Virus record (IMG/VR): IMGVR_UViG_3300042539_002213
Location: 1-60,518 of that record
Reading direction: 5' to 3' (one strand)
Origin: a virus
Lineage: Duplodnaviria > Caudoviricetes
Length of the DNA stretch: 60,518 nucleotides
The notes beneath the pieces were generated by a model. The model worked only from the letters and a program-made list of their open reading frames with translations, did no database searches and was not told the origin of the DNA. Below, piece after piece: positions 19,594 through 29,462 of the stretch. The first letter of the stretch is position 1; each line of letters begins with the position of its first letter. Both the position numbers and the translations under genes were made by a program.

Positions 19594-19623
19594 TTAAAAA
19601 TTCCTTAAAAAGTTAAACAAAAA

Positions 19624-20274
19624 CTAACCAATGTACTTGCAAATTTCGTCTGCTATTTCAGCAAAATCTTTTAAAACACCTGGATTTTCTTCTTTTGTGC
19701 AATTTATCGTTACAAGTGTAGTTGGCGGGTGCCAATTCATTAGTTGCGAATAAAAGCTCGAAGCATTATGTAATAAATCTCGCTTCGATTCAAGTATGTC
19801 CATTGTGTTTTCAGTGTAAATTCTTTTTTCTTTTTTAGCGATATTTTGTATGGCTAAATCAAGCGGCATTTTCAGATAGAAAATAAAATCCGGTACAGGA
19901 AGCCCCATTTGGTTGTATTCCAGGTCTACCAGAAATTTGATTATATCTTCCTCTTCTCCCTGCTTTGCAGCAGCGGCAGAATATACCAAGTTGCTCGGTA
20001 CATATCTGTCCGCAAAAACAAAGTCATTTGTGGAAATCGCTTGCTCTAGCCTAGGTTTAGACTCCAACCTTTCTAACGCAAAAATACTTGCGTGAACTCT
20101 TAACGGGAAAATACCGCCGTAATCTCCGTTAAGATACTCTCCAATTGTTTTACCCCAGGAAGAATTAGCATAATCCGGGTAAGAAAAGATTTTGCTATTA
20201 CCTTTCATCTGAGCCAGTTTTTTAGTTATTGTACCTTTACCTGACCCATCAATTCCTTCAATACAAATAAACAC
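19624..20274 (-). CDS. tmk: Thymidylate kinase
   Basis: IEGIDGSGKGT P-loop, SYP, ADRYVPSN and PDFIFYL motifs. Confidence 0.9.
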   Translation of the reverse strand: MFICIEGIDGSGKGTITKKLAQMKGNSKIFSYPDYANSSWGKTIGEYLNGDYGGIFPLRVHASIFALERLESKPRLEQAISTNDFVFADRYVPSNLVYSAAAAKQGEEEDIIKFLVDLEYNQMGLPVPDFIFYLKMPLDLAIQNIAKKEKRIYTENTMDILESKRDLLHNASSFYSQLMNWHPPTTLVTINCTKEENPGVLKDFAEIADEICKYIG

Positions 20275-20276
20275 GA

Positions 20277-23200
20277 TTACTTTTTCCAGCCTTTCTTTTG
20301 CTTGGTGTTAGGATTAAACGCAGGCGGTGGTTCAATTTTACGTGCAACCGTTCGGTTTTTTACGTCCGATACTGACCGTAGGTCTTTTGGACCCGAAGGT
20401 TTACTGTAATGGAAAACACAACCGTCAACAATACCCGTACCCGTAGGCAACTTGTACTGCTTTGCTTCCGCGTCGGATAGCTTCTCACCCCAGTGAAGCA
20501 TAACTTCACCCTCAATACCTAGGTAGTAAGGGCCGACACCCGTAGGCTCTCCCTCAAACTGACCGTCTAAATGCGTCGGATATATAGGTACTGATTTTCG
20601 CATGTACGTAGGTAAAACGTACGTGCAAACGTGCTTTACGTACTTATAGGGTACTTCCAGCAAAATAGCGTCGTGTACCTGAAGCAGTAGCCTGAACATA
20701 TCGTGTCCTTTGACTCTTTGTTTTTTCCGGTAGTCCATTAAGTAACCAAGCGCCCGGCTTACAACCGAAGCAATCATAGACTGAATCGGAAAATTCATAG
20801 CCTGCCGTTCAAACTCAGCTCGTATTTCAGGGTTAGATGAACTGTCTGGAAATCGCCTAAATCGTCCAAAGCAATTAGCAAGATAGCGGGGTACTTCTTT
20901 AAACTCATTGCCTTCAAAAACTACTCCGCTTCCACGCTGCTTACAAGTTTCAAAGAAAGGCTTAAGTCTTGGATAAGTCTGGAAAATAGCGTTAATTACA
21001 GCCTGTGCTTCATCAACTGTAATATCAATACCTTCTTCTTTAGCTGCAATTGCAATAGCCCGGGCTCCGCGACCATAGGCTATACCGAAAATAACAGACT
21101 TAGCTACGATACGCAGGTGTTTTTTACCTGCATTTTCAAGTCCGCTTTTAGTCGGAGCGCAATTTAACTTAAAAGCACGAACTGCCACATTGCTATGGAT
21201 ATCGTAAAAATTAGGATCGTCTTCAGGTAGCTGATTTCGTGTAGCATGGTCAATCATAACCGAATCACCAGCCATAACTGCCATTCCAAAAAGCTCAGCG
21301 CCTACATAATCTGCCTCAATTAAAACGTGACCAGGCGATGCTTTAAGCACACTTCTAAGGCTGTACTTATATTTTGAGCCCAGCAATCGTTTGTAATCAG
21401 GATCCCGCCTTTTACTGATATTCTGCAGGTTAGGTCTAGCACTAGACCACCGACCTGTTTCCTTAGTTTGATATATGTGCGTTCGGATTTTACCGTCGTC
21501 GCAGCAAGCAGAAGCTAATCCTTTATCGTACTCTAGGTTTCCATCATCGTCGTAGATAGGGTCTTCTGTTTTTTCATCTACGCAGGGTGGTCTGAGAACG
21601 TTCTTTAACGCCTGGTCCAAAAACCTAAAATCGCGAAACAGCCCTACAATTTCGGCTTTCTTTTTGTCAGTAACCGTTTGAGCCAGGATCGACAAAACTT
21701 GTTTGTTAGTACAAGGACTATGCAAACTTTCGGCTTTGCTCTGTTTTATCTCGTCCCAAGGTTTTGGCGGTTTACTGGTGTCAAAAATAGGAGTTAAACT
21801 AAGGCTAATTGCGTCTGCCGGTCTAATTCTTACGTGCTCACCTGTTTCAGGGTCCCGCTTTCCATTTAGCTGGTGCCCGAACAAAGCTTCTTTAGTTTGA
21901 ATCAAAGACCGAATATTAAAATCAGGCCAATTTAATCTTTTCCTAATATCGGCTTCTAATTCTGTTCTTGCCTCCATGAACCTAGCTGTCAGAAAATCTA
22001 TTCGACCCCTGTCTAGCTTTATACCGTTTTGATGTATATCTAAAACTGCAGGCGTAGCTATTTGAGATTCCCAGAATGCTTCCCTACAGCAGTTACCATC
22101 GTAGTCGCTATCCAGCAAAGGGCTTAGCTTGTGGTATAACCGCAAAGTAACGTCTGCATCGTACATACCGTACGGCAACAGAATATTATCCGGACACTCG
22201 CCGTAACCCTCTAATTCCGCATCAGATAATCCATTTTGTTTGCAGTAATTAGTTTTCCACTCTTGAAGTTCTTTATCGTACCTTGGGCAGTTTAAATACC
22301 TTGCTGCAAGAAGCTCTAATTTGTAATTAGCTGTTTCCTCAATCGCATGGCACATCAAACCAGTATCCGCACCCCCTTCATATTTTGTACGATACCAAGC
22401 GGGAACAGTATCTTCAGGAGTAAAACCGTCAGCAAAGTATGTCTTAAATAATGCGAGCGATCCTTTAGGTGCCTCATCTAAGGAAGTCAGCTGTAAGTCG
22501 TAAAGCTTACACGAAAAGCAGTCTTGTAGATTTAATCCTGCAGCTTCTAGCCACTCTAAGTCAGCATTAAAGAAATGCCCTACTACTCTTTTTCGCTTAA
22601 AATTAAACTCAACATCAGATCCATCATGCCGTTTAGTTTCAAGCTTACCGCCTTTAAAGAAGGTATTGATCGCAGCTAAAACAGATTCGTTTGTTAGAGC
22701 TAACTCCTCGTTAACTGCACCTCCGGCGTGATGTAATATAACACCTATAGCGTGCTTGGGTTTCCACGCTATTTGAATAGTACGCATGTAAGATCCTTTA
22801 TTTACAGGATGCTTACCGTGCCACTCGGCGTCGACTGCAATTACGGATTCAAGCGGATCGTAGTCGCTGTCTATTTCCCCTAGCCAGTACAGCAAATCAT
22901 CAAAAGTAGAAACAACCGTGTGCTTTATATCGGAGTCAAAACCTACGTCTTGGCCTCGGGCTAGATTAACAAAAGCAGCAACACCTGCCTCAAGTGAGCG
23001 TATAGACGATTGATCCCTCAACGTTTGTCTCGGGTGTACCACCGTCATCACAGAAGCTTCTTTCCAGGAATTTTCAACCTGAGCTTCATTTAAAGCGTAG
23101 TTGTATTTGTATTTTACAACCTTGCCCATCATATCATTTACACTATGACCATCTCCAAGCAAAGCTTTGCTTGCATCTGTACCTAGGCAAAGTATGTAAT

Positions 23201-23798
23201 CAGGCCGAACAATCTTTATTTCGTGTTGAAGTAAATAAGCTCCGTCTTTAACCCACTGTGCTCTGAAATTGGTCTTAAAGTTCGGAGGCATAAACTTCAC
23301 CACGTTGGTGACGTATATCTGACTAATCTTAGGCATTTTAAACTGAGTCAGCAGCTCTAAAAGCAATTTGCCATCAGCATCAATAAGACAACGTTTATTC
23401 TTTAATTCAGTCTGCCAAGGGTTTTTACCTATAATCATGACCTTTGCTGGTCGTGGCCCTGTGCCAGACTCGCCACCCCATATATGTCCCGGTAAAAACG
23501 CGGCGTCCTTTGTCTGGTAAGCGGCTATTTCTACAGGTAAAACAAATTCACTGGATCTAAGTGCATCTTTGACCAGGGAGTGCAAAAAGTCCAAATCATT
23601 GCTGCGACCTACAGCTTCCGCGTGAGCCGTAAAAGCACTACCGGCATAAAGCGTTGGCATGTGCGGAGCATCTAAAGGAAATATGTCATTGCCGGTTCTA
23701 ATTGCCTGCTCTTTAGACAAGGCAAGTTGCTGTGCTTTTATATTCTTAACGCCACCTGCAACGACATTGGCCCCTAATTTCTGTATTTTCCTAGCCAT
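20277..23798 (-). CDS. polA: Family A DNA polymerase with N-terminal uracil-DNA-glycosylase-like domain and 3'-5' exonuclease
   Basis: UDG-like (KVMIIGKNP, TNVVK, VRPDYILCLG, HP); Exo VDAE and YGMYDAD; TGRWSS, PNLQNI; motif A ADYVGAE, B RIVAKSVIFGIAYG, C QVHDA. Confidence 0.92.
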   Translation of the reverse strand: MARKIQKLGANVVAGGVKNIKAQQLALSKEQAIRTGNDIFPLDAPHMPTLYAGSAFTAHAEAVGRSNDLDFLHSLVKDALRSSEFVLPVEIAAYQTKDAAFLPGHIWGGESGTGPRPAKVMIIGKNPWQTELKNKRCLIDADGKLLLELLTQFKMPKISQIYVTNVVKFMPPNFKTNFRAQWVKDGAYLLQHEIKIVRPDYILCLGTDASKALLGDGHSVNDMMGKVVKYKYNYALNEAQVENSWKEASVMTVVHPRQTLRDQSSIRSLEAGVAAFVNLARGQDVGFDSDIKHTVVSTFDDLLYWLGEIDSDYDPLESVIAVDAEWHGKHPVNKGSYMRTIQIAWKPKHAIGVILHHAGGAVNEELALTNESVLAAINTFFKGGKLETKRHDGSDVEFNFKRKRVVGHFFNADLEWLEAAGLNLQDCFSCKLYDLQLTSLDEAPKGSLALFKTYFADGFTPEDTVPAWYRTKYEGGADTGLMCHAIEETANYKLELLAARYLNCPRYDKELQEWKTNYCKQNGLSDAELEGYGECPDNILLPYGMYDADVTLRLYHKLSPLLDSDYDGNCCREAFWESQIATPAVLDIHQNGIKLDRGRIDFLTARFMEARTELEADIRKRLNWPDFNIRSLIQTKEALFGHQLNGKRDPETGEHVRIRPADAISLSLTPIFDTSKPPKPWDEIKQSKAESLHSPCTNKQVLSILAQTVTDKKKAEIVGLFRDFRFLDQALKNVLRPPCVDEKTEDPIYDDDGNLEYDKGLASACCDDGKIRTHIYQTKETGRWSSARPNLQNISKRRDPDYKRLLGSKYKYSLRSVLKASPGHVLIEADYVGAELFGMAVMAGDSVMIDHATRNQLPEDDPNFYDIHSNVAVRAFKLNCAPTKSGLENAGKKHLRIVAKSVIFGIAYGRGARAIAIAAKEEGIDITVDEAQAVINAIFQTYPRLKPFFETCKQRGSGVVFEGNEFKEVPRYLANCFGRFRRFPDSSSNPEIRAEFERQAMNFPIQSMIASVVSRALGYLMDYRKKQRVKGHDMFRLLLQVHDAILLEVPYKYVKHVCTYVLPTYMRKSVPIYPTHLDGQFEGEPTGVGPYYLGIEGEVMLHWGEKLSDAEAKQYKLPTGTGIVDGCVFHYSKPSGPKDLRSVSDVKNRTVARKIEPPPAFNPNTKQKKGWKK

Positions 23799-24888
23799 CT
23801 TTTTTACCCCAGTCAGTAATTACGTCTTTTTTCTTCGCTTCTTCAGTTATGTAGTCCTTTAAAAATTGAACGTCGGTAAATATAGCCGGATCCGTACCAG
23901 TTGGAAGCCACACACTGCAACAACCTCCAGCAAGTAAACCGTCTAACTCGGCCTCTGCTTCAAATACGCTTTTAAGCTTCTTCTCGTTTTCAGCCTTTTC
24001 CTTTACGTCCGGATCAAACAAAAGTACGCATGAGTGAAAATTCTTTGCAATCATTGCAATCTGTGCGCTAGAAAGAGAAGACCCTAGTACCGCACCAAAG
24101 TGGTTCCCGCCACGCCAAACGCTGGTTACACCTTCTACAATAACGGCCATATTACACTTAAGCATGTTACCGAAGTTGTAAATTATGTTCCGCTTAGGTG
24201 TACCAGGTGCCGTGAAATACTTAGGTATGTTTGAAAGCTTCCAGTTTGTCTCGTATGCTGCACGAGCTTGCCAGCCTACCATCTTTTTGTTGCGGTAAAT
24301 TGGAACTATTAGCTTTTCATTGCACAGTACTTTAGTGCTTTTAGTGCACCAGTGTACATTGTAAAACTTACCTAAATGCTCAGGCTCAAAATGCCTGCTT
24401 TTTAAGTAAACTACTGCAGGATGGTTTTCAGGTAAATTGTCTACTCGAACTACATCCCCAGGCCAATTCATACGAACAGAGTCTACGTCAACTTCTTTGC
24501 CTTCTTTGACACTTACCTTGGTTAAATCATAAAGCTTATGTCCTGTAAGCATTTGTTCTAACTTCTCGTAAACTTCTGTCTGCTTTAAAGCCAAAGGACA
24601 ACCGGCGTTAAAACAAACTACTAGACGAGTTTGTTTTTTACCAAATTCGTCTAGTGTTCCATAGCGATGACTTATCAAACACCTAAATCTTGTATCATTA
24701 CAAAATGGACAACAGACAGCGTAATGCTCACCCCAGTTATCTATCTTTACTACGTCTCTACCGGTGATTATGTCTCTTGTTTTCTTCCTTAGTTGTTTTT
24801 GACCTGTATTTCCTATCCTAACATTTTTAAACGTGTTTTTTATTCGGTTAAAAAGTATCAAATTCAAAACATTTTTTGTCGTGTTCAT
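23791..24888 (-). CDS. DNA primase (Zn finger + TOPRIM)
   Basis: CPFC...CFN Zn finger, GWQAR, KYF, IVEG and FDPD motifs. Confidence 0.85.
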   Translation of the reverse strand: MNTTKNVLNLILFNRIKNTFKNVRIGNTGQKQLRKKTRDIITGRDVVKIDNWGEHYAVCCPFCNDTRFRCLISHRYGTLDEFGKKQTRLVVCFNAGCPLALKQTEVYEKLEQMLTGHKLYDLTKVSVKEGKEVDVDSVRMNWPGDVVRVDNLPENHPAVVYLKSRHFEPEHLGKFYNVHWCTKSTKVLCNEKLIVPIYRNKKMVGWQARAAYETNWKLSNIPKYFTAPGTPKRNIIYNFGNMLKCNMAVIVEGVTSVWRGGNHFGAVLGSSLSSAQIAMIAKNFHSCVLLFDPDVKEKAENEKKLKSVFEAEAELDGLLAGGCCSVWLPTGTDPAIFTDVQFLKDYITEEAKKKDVITDWGKKDG

Positions 24889-24902
24889 GTGAAATCATTT
24901 CG

Positions 24903-26582
24903 TTAGTCGGCATAAGTAGTTTCAGGTAAAGCAGCTCCTTCGTCGTCAATTACATCTTCGTCTTCATTTGGATCAAACATAAAATCACTTGCATGCAGTA
25001 AAGCCGAATTAGCCGCAGGCATGCCCATGTTGTTATCCCCGGTTAAACTCTTGTGTACTATCTTACCGGTTCTATCGATTTTATAGTCGTTCAAGACAGA
25101 AACAGTATTAAACATACCGTCAACCTGTATAAGCACCGGTGGGCTACTTCCTGCCCTGCGATGTTTTGTACAGGCGATTTGTCCTTTTCCATCTGGTGTC
25201 AAACAGCCACCTGCCATGCAGAAGGCTAAATTCTCACCAAACATTTTTGCTCCCTTTGCGTCCGTATGCCGTACAATCTTAGCTGGGTTGCTTATAGCAT
25301 TAGCTTCACCATTTAACTGATGCAAAGCCCAAAGTGGACAATTAAAACGCTTAGCTACCTCAAACGTTAAGTCCTTACCTGCTTGCTGATAGGTAAAGTT
25401 TGTACGCTCCTTTTGCTTTGGAGGTATAGTTGCATCCTTATCAACCATTAGACCAACGTAGTCTACAATAATTACATCTACAAAGTACTCGGGGCCTCGC
25501 CTTTTAAGCTCAGCGTTTATTCCACTAACAATAGCCGAGACACCCTCAGTACTTGCTTTGGCATTTTCTTGTACTGCACCTGAATAATCCAAACAAAACG
25601 CATGCTCATTTAAAATCGGTATAAGCTTTTGAATCCTAGTTCTCTCTGGCTCAAAAATACCTGCGTCTATTTTGTCTTTAAACAAAATCTTCTCGTAATC
25701 CAAAGGGTGATTAGGATCATTACTTAGAGCATTTAATCCGTCAAAACCCATGTTTTCAAGACGGTCACGCCGTACCTGTGCTGAATACATAAGTAGCCGG
25801 TGCTGTAACTCAGGAGCTAAAGACGCTTCATAAGAAACAAATACCGATAAACCTTTACGCTTGTTATTTTTAGTTAACGCATCGGTATAACAACGCGTAG
25901 CTGCAAGCGACCAAAGCATAACGCCTAATGTAGTCTTGTAAGCACCCATAGGTGCCATGATGCCGTAAGCCTCACCTTTTTGTGTACCGCCGCCAAGAAA
26001 AGTATCTAGAAAACCAATTCCACTGGTTGTTTTATATGCTAGCTCTGTTTTATCCCAACTATTCGGTAAAGTCAAAGTGGCTGCTCCGGAAAAAGATAAC
26101 GACTGTAGAGATTCAATCTGCGATTGAGCTTCTTTAAAAATTGAAAGCATGTCCGTTACACCGGACGTTTTCAAAGTTGCAATCGTAGACTTTTGAAGCT
26201 TACCTATAAGAATTTTCTGTGCGACTTTTTGCGCAAAAACTTCTAGTTTAGGTGTATTTACACCTGAGGATCCAAACAACAAAGGATCAAAGGCATACTC
26301 CAAGAATTCCTCTAGAATCGATATGTCATCGTCATCTAAAGGAGCATCGCCAGTCTCAACGTACGTGGCGATTTCAGCTGTGATTTCAGCAAAGCTGGGT
26401 AGGTTTTTGTTTTCATTGTAATAGTCCAAGACTACACGGAAAACAAGCTGATAACCTACAAAATCAAAATGTTCAACTGTCAGCTTCGATTTAAGGCCGC
26501 TAAAAATAGATTCATTCTGAATCAAAATTGCAAAAAACAACCTTAAATGAGCTTCTGACAGTTCACCTGCCTGTTTGCTCAT
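24903..26582 (-). CDS. Replicative DnaB-like helicase
   Basis: LDTFLGGG, Walker A APMGAYKTT, VSYE, IIVDYV, HQLN and KHR; adjacent to the primase. Confidence 0.85.
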   Translation of the reverse strand: MSKQAGELSEAHLRLFFAILIQNESIFSGLKSKLTVEHFDFVGYQLVFRVVLDYYNENKNLPSFAEITAEIATYVETGDAPLDDDDISILEEFLEYAFDPLLFGSSGVNTPKLEVFAQKVAQKILIGKLQKSTIATLKTSGVTDMLSIFKEAQSQIESLQSLSFSGAATLTLPNSWDKTELAYKTTSGIGFLDTFLGGGTQKGEAYGIMAPMGAYKTTLGVMLWSLAATRCYTDALTKNNKRKGLSVFVSYEASLAPELQHRLLMYSAQVRRDRLENMGFDGLNALSNDPNHPLDYEKILFKDKIDAGIFEPERTRIQKLIPILNEHAFCLDYSGAVQENAKASTEGVSAIVSGINAELKRRGPEYFVDVIIVDYVGLMVDKDATIPPKQKERTNFTYQQAGKDLTFEVAKRFNCPLWALHQLNGEANAISNPAKIVRHTDAKGAKMFGENLAFCMAGGCLTPDGKGQIACTKHRRAGSSPPVLIQVDGMFNTVSVLNDYKIDRTGKIVHKSLTGDNNMGMPAANSALLHASDFMFDPNEDEDVIDDEGAALPETTYAD

Positions 26583-26594
26583 GACGATTTTTCC

Positions 26595-27392
26595 TTACGT
26601 GTCCATAGCTTTTTGAACTATAGACGAAGCCAATTCTTTTAATCTGCTAGGCATTGTTTTTCCGTACAAGTAATCGTACGCGTCCGGAAAAACGGTGTAG
26701 TCCAAAGCTGCCAAGAATTCTATCTGCTCTACGTATTCTTTTAACTTGGAGTAGATAGAACTCTGGTTCACAATAGCTTTGTTCAACTGTGCCTGGCTTA
26801 ATGCATCCGACACTAAACAATATCTGAATAGCGGAGATAGCTCAAGCCTTGCATCCAACACTGTGGAGTATACGATGGTAAGTAGATCCTGAACAGTGGT
26901 TCCTTTATTTACGGAATTAAAAACAATAGCCGATTTGGCTCTGTTTGACTCCGAAATAAAAGCTGCCTGCAATTTATTTACCTTAAATTTCATAAACTCA
27001 TTTACTAAATCCAAGTAACGCTCGCTAGCTAGCTGCAAAACTGTAGGAGTATCTAAAGCGCTCCTACGCAAAAGAAAAAAAAGAATACGCAAATGCTGTA
27101 TAGGCGATTGCGGTTTAGCTAGCTGCAGTAGTTTTTTATATGCCTCGACCCACTGATTAGGTTTTTCTTTTTCCTCAGGTGTGTTGTAACGCTTACCACC
27201 TTCAAGGCTTTTAGCAGGGTAATATACCGTCGCGCCAGAGCCTAACCTAATAGAATCAAGCGTACGCCTTTCCATTACGTATGTTTTTTTAAACAAGTCT
27301 AGACTTTTGTCACTGCCGCTAATTTGCCTTGGCTCAACTACACGTTGTGGCTTAGCTTTAGCTGAAGGCCTAGGTTGCTTTGAGAATGTCAT
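26595..27392 (-). CDS. Hypothetical protein
   Basis: 265-aa ORF with an ATGA overlap with the SF2 helicase stop. Confidence 0.7.
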   Translation of the reverse strand: MTFSKQPRPSAKAKPQRVVEPRQISGSDKSLDLFKKTYVMERRTLDSIRLGSGATVYYPAKSLEGGKRYNTPEEKEKPNQWVEAYKKLLQLAKPQSPIQHLRILFFLLRRSALDTPTVLQLASERYLDLVNEFMKFKVNKLQAAFISESNRAKSAIVFNSVNKGTTVQDLLTIVYSTVLDARLELSPLFRYCLVSDALSQAQLNKAIVNQSSIYSKLKEYVEQIEFLAALDYTVFPDAYDYLYGKTMPSRLKELASSIVQKAMDT

Positions 27393-28879
27393 AAATATTC
27401 CTTTTCAATTGCTTCAGATGGAAAGTGCTGCTTCCATCCGTGCGAATTATACACCTTTGCTCTTTGCTTTGCTTGTCGGTTAAAGCCTAAGTCAAAATTA
27501 TCAAGGTAATCGTGAATAATGCCATGCGTTTTGTCTTCAGCTATACGGCTAACACGACCAGGTATCTGTGTGTCATTAATTGCACTACCGCCACCGCCAC
27601 CACGAACAAGTACAGTCAATTTGTTAAAAGAAACACCGACATTCCATACTGTGGTAGCAATGACCTTTTTCAAAATACCTTTCTCAAATTGAGACGTTAG
27701 CAGTTTTTTGCGCTCAGCCGTCATTACCTGTTCGTCTTTGCCGCAAAATCCTTTTGCCTTGTATTTAGCTAGTTCGGAAGGCTGCAAACCTTCATCGGCA
27801 TAAACCAGCGTAAATTCAGGTAAAAGCTTTTTTAAGTGGAAAGCATGAATCATAGTATCGACCGTAATTAGAACCTGGGTATCGCTGCTGTAGGATTGTG
27901 CGTCTTCTGCGATAAGCATATTACGGTAATCGTTACACCAGATGCCAATTCGTTTACGTTCTACAGTGTCGTCAACACCTGCGCATGGCTTGTAATCCAT
28001 TTTGACTTCACGCCATTTAATGTGAATCGGCACAACGAGTCCAGCACCTTGTGCAGATTGGTAAGGTACTCGGTAAATAATAGGTCCGAATATTCCTTCA
28101 AGCCGTTTATCCTTGTTGTCAAATCGAGCGTCGTGACTTGCAGATAAACCGTAGTTTCGACTGCTTTGCCAGCGTACAAGCTCTGCCGCTGCGTTGTCTG
28201 CTGCTAGTTCGTGGCACTCATCGCCTATTAGAATATCGCAATCGGCTGGGCTGTGCTTTAAAGATCCGGCAGTGTAGCACATAACCCTGCGGTTTTTAAT
28301 AGTTTTACCGCCACCTACAATACCTACATCACCTACCATAGACACAAGCTCAGGGTAAATGCGATCCCTAAGAACAGCAACTCGTCTTGAAACTACGTCT
28401 ATTTTAGCTTTTGGAAAAACAGAAGCTACGATTCCGATCATAAATGATTTACCGAAACCGGGTGCGCAGTCTATGCGTCCACAACTATGTTTGATAACTG
28501 CGTTTAAAAATTCAGGTTGGTATTCTCTAAGCTGATAATCCTTTATGTTTTGCATACGAAGCTCAAACTTTTTTGGGTCTGCGGGCGACATGTTTTTGCA
28601 TTTAACAATGTAACCTGATTGTTTAAGTTTTTTGCTTATAGAGGCCCAAAATCCATAAGGAGTAGCCAGTCTACCTTTGTGATCAAGTCTAAACAGCTCG
28701 TGCTTATCGATAACAAATGGCCTCTGTCCTTGTTTTTTAGCCCAGTAAAGCTCCTGGCCCACTAGATTTCGGTACGAAGTAAAAGTTAAAAGTGGAGTCA
28801 GAAGATTCTTCACTTTTGGGTCTTCAGAATCCACCAGCAGAATGTTTCCGGTTTTTATTAAAAGTATTTCTTTAGCCAT
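27389..28879 (-). CDS. Superfamily 2 helicase (UvsW/SSL2-like)
   Basis: LREYQ, APGFGKS, DECH, GLSAS, ATTVWNVGV and QIPGRVSR motifs. Confidence 0.9.
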   Translation of the reverse strand: MAKEILLIKTGNILLVDSEDPKVKNLLTPLLTFTSYRNLVGQELYWAKKQGQRPFVIDKHELFRLDHKGRLATPYGFWASISKKLKQSGYIVKCKNMSPADPKKFELRMQNIKDYQLREYQPEFLNAVIKHSCGRIDCAPGFGKSFMIGIVASVFPKAKIDVVSRRVAVLRDRIYPELVSMVGDVGIVGGGKTIKNRRVMCYTAGSLKHSPADCDILIGDECHELAADNAAAELVRWQSSRNYGLSASHDARFDNKDKRLEGIFGPIIYRVPYQSAQGAGLVVPIHIKWREVKMDYKPCAGVDDTVERKRIGIWCNDYRNMLIAEDAQSYSSDTQVLITVDTMIHAFHLKKLLPEFTLVYADEGLQPSELAKYKAKGFCGKDEQVMTAERKKLLTSQFEKGILKKVIATTVWNVGVSFNKLTVLVRGGGGGSAINDTQIPGRVSRIAEDKTHGIIHDYLDNFDLGFNRQAKQRAKVYNSHGWKQHFPSEAIEKEYL

Positions 28880-28923
28880 AATAGACCTGTTGTCTTCGCT
28901 AGAAAATGCAATAGAATGCTATA

Positions 28924-28984
28924 AGCTGCTTGACGACAGCTAAGCCAATTACCACTTGAGGGTCACAACTCAAGTGGTTTTTTT
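28924..28984 (+). ncRNA. Putative ~60-nt small RNA (hairpin plus intrinsic terminator)
   Basis: TTGTCT(28890)-16 nt-TAGAAT(28912) promoter-like element; hairpin AGCTG/CAGCT; 10-bp stem ACCACTTGAG/CTCAAGTGGT followed by a T-run on the + strand. Confidence 0.4.
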
Positions 28985-29462
28985 ATGTCTGGTTGCAGAC
29001 AAATTTCCGTGGAAATAAATCTACAACCTCGTAATGCCCGTAATCACCAGGCTTCCATGGTGATAAACCTTTGTAGCGACCTGCAGTTGACATTAAATCA
29101 GAAAAAACATTGTCGTCTAGGTCTAAAGGTAAAACACAGTTAATGCCTATTGTTTGACCTGGCATAATCGCTTCGTGCATAGAATACCTTTCTCGACCGG
29201 TACTGTTTCGATAATAAACTCGTTGCCAGCGCTTTTCAGTTAATTTAGCGTCAATTTCAATGTCCCAGCTAATACCTCTAACTAGTTCAGGTCGAATAGA
29301 AAGTAAAGTTGCAGCCATTAGCATATTTGATTTATGCCAGGCTGGAAGGAAAATAATACAACCCAAAGAGCTTCGCATAAACAAAAACCTACCTGTGGTT
29401 TTTTCTTTAGCGTTGCCCAAACTAGGCTGGGTAAATCGTATTCTAACTGTGTAATCCTTCAT
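28983..29462 (-). CDS. Stand-alone RAMP/Cas7-like protein
   Basis: Likely start MKDYTVRIRFTQPSLG; N-terminal beta-strand PxLG, HEAIMPG before a beta-strand, C-terminal G-loop AGRYKGLSPWKPGDYGHYEV. Confidence 0.65.
   Translation of the reverse strand: MKDYTVRIRFTQPSLGNAKEKTTGRFLFMRSSLGCIIFLPAWHKSNMLMAATLLSIRPELVRGISWDIEIDAKLTEKRWQRVYYRNSTGRERYSMHEAIMPGQTIGINCVLPLDLDDNVFSDLMSTAGRYKGLSPWKPGDYGHYEVVDLFPRKFVCNQT

Noticed and set aside
28880-28982. CRISPR, TIGR or GGY/NN-type guide array next to the RAMP-like gene
   Set aside because: No direct repeats or 5-nt periodicity are visible here or in the other intergenic gaps inspected.
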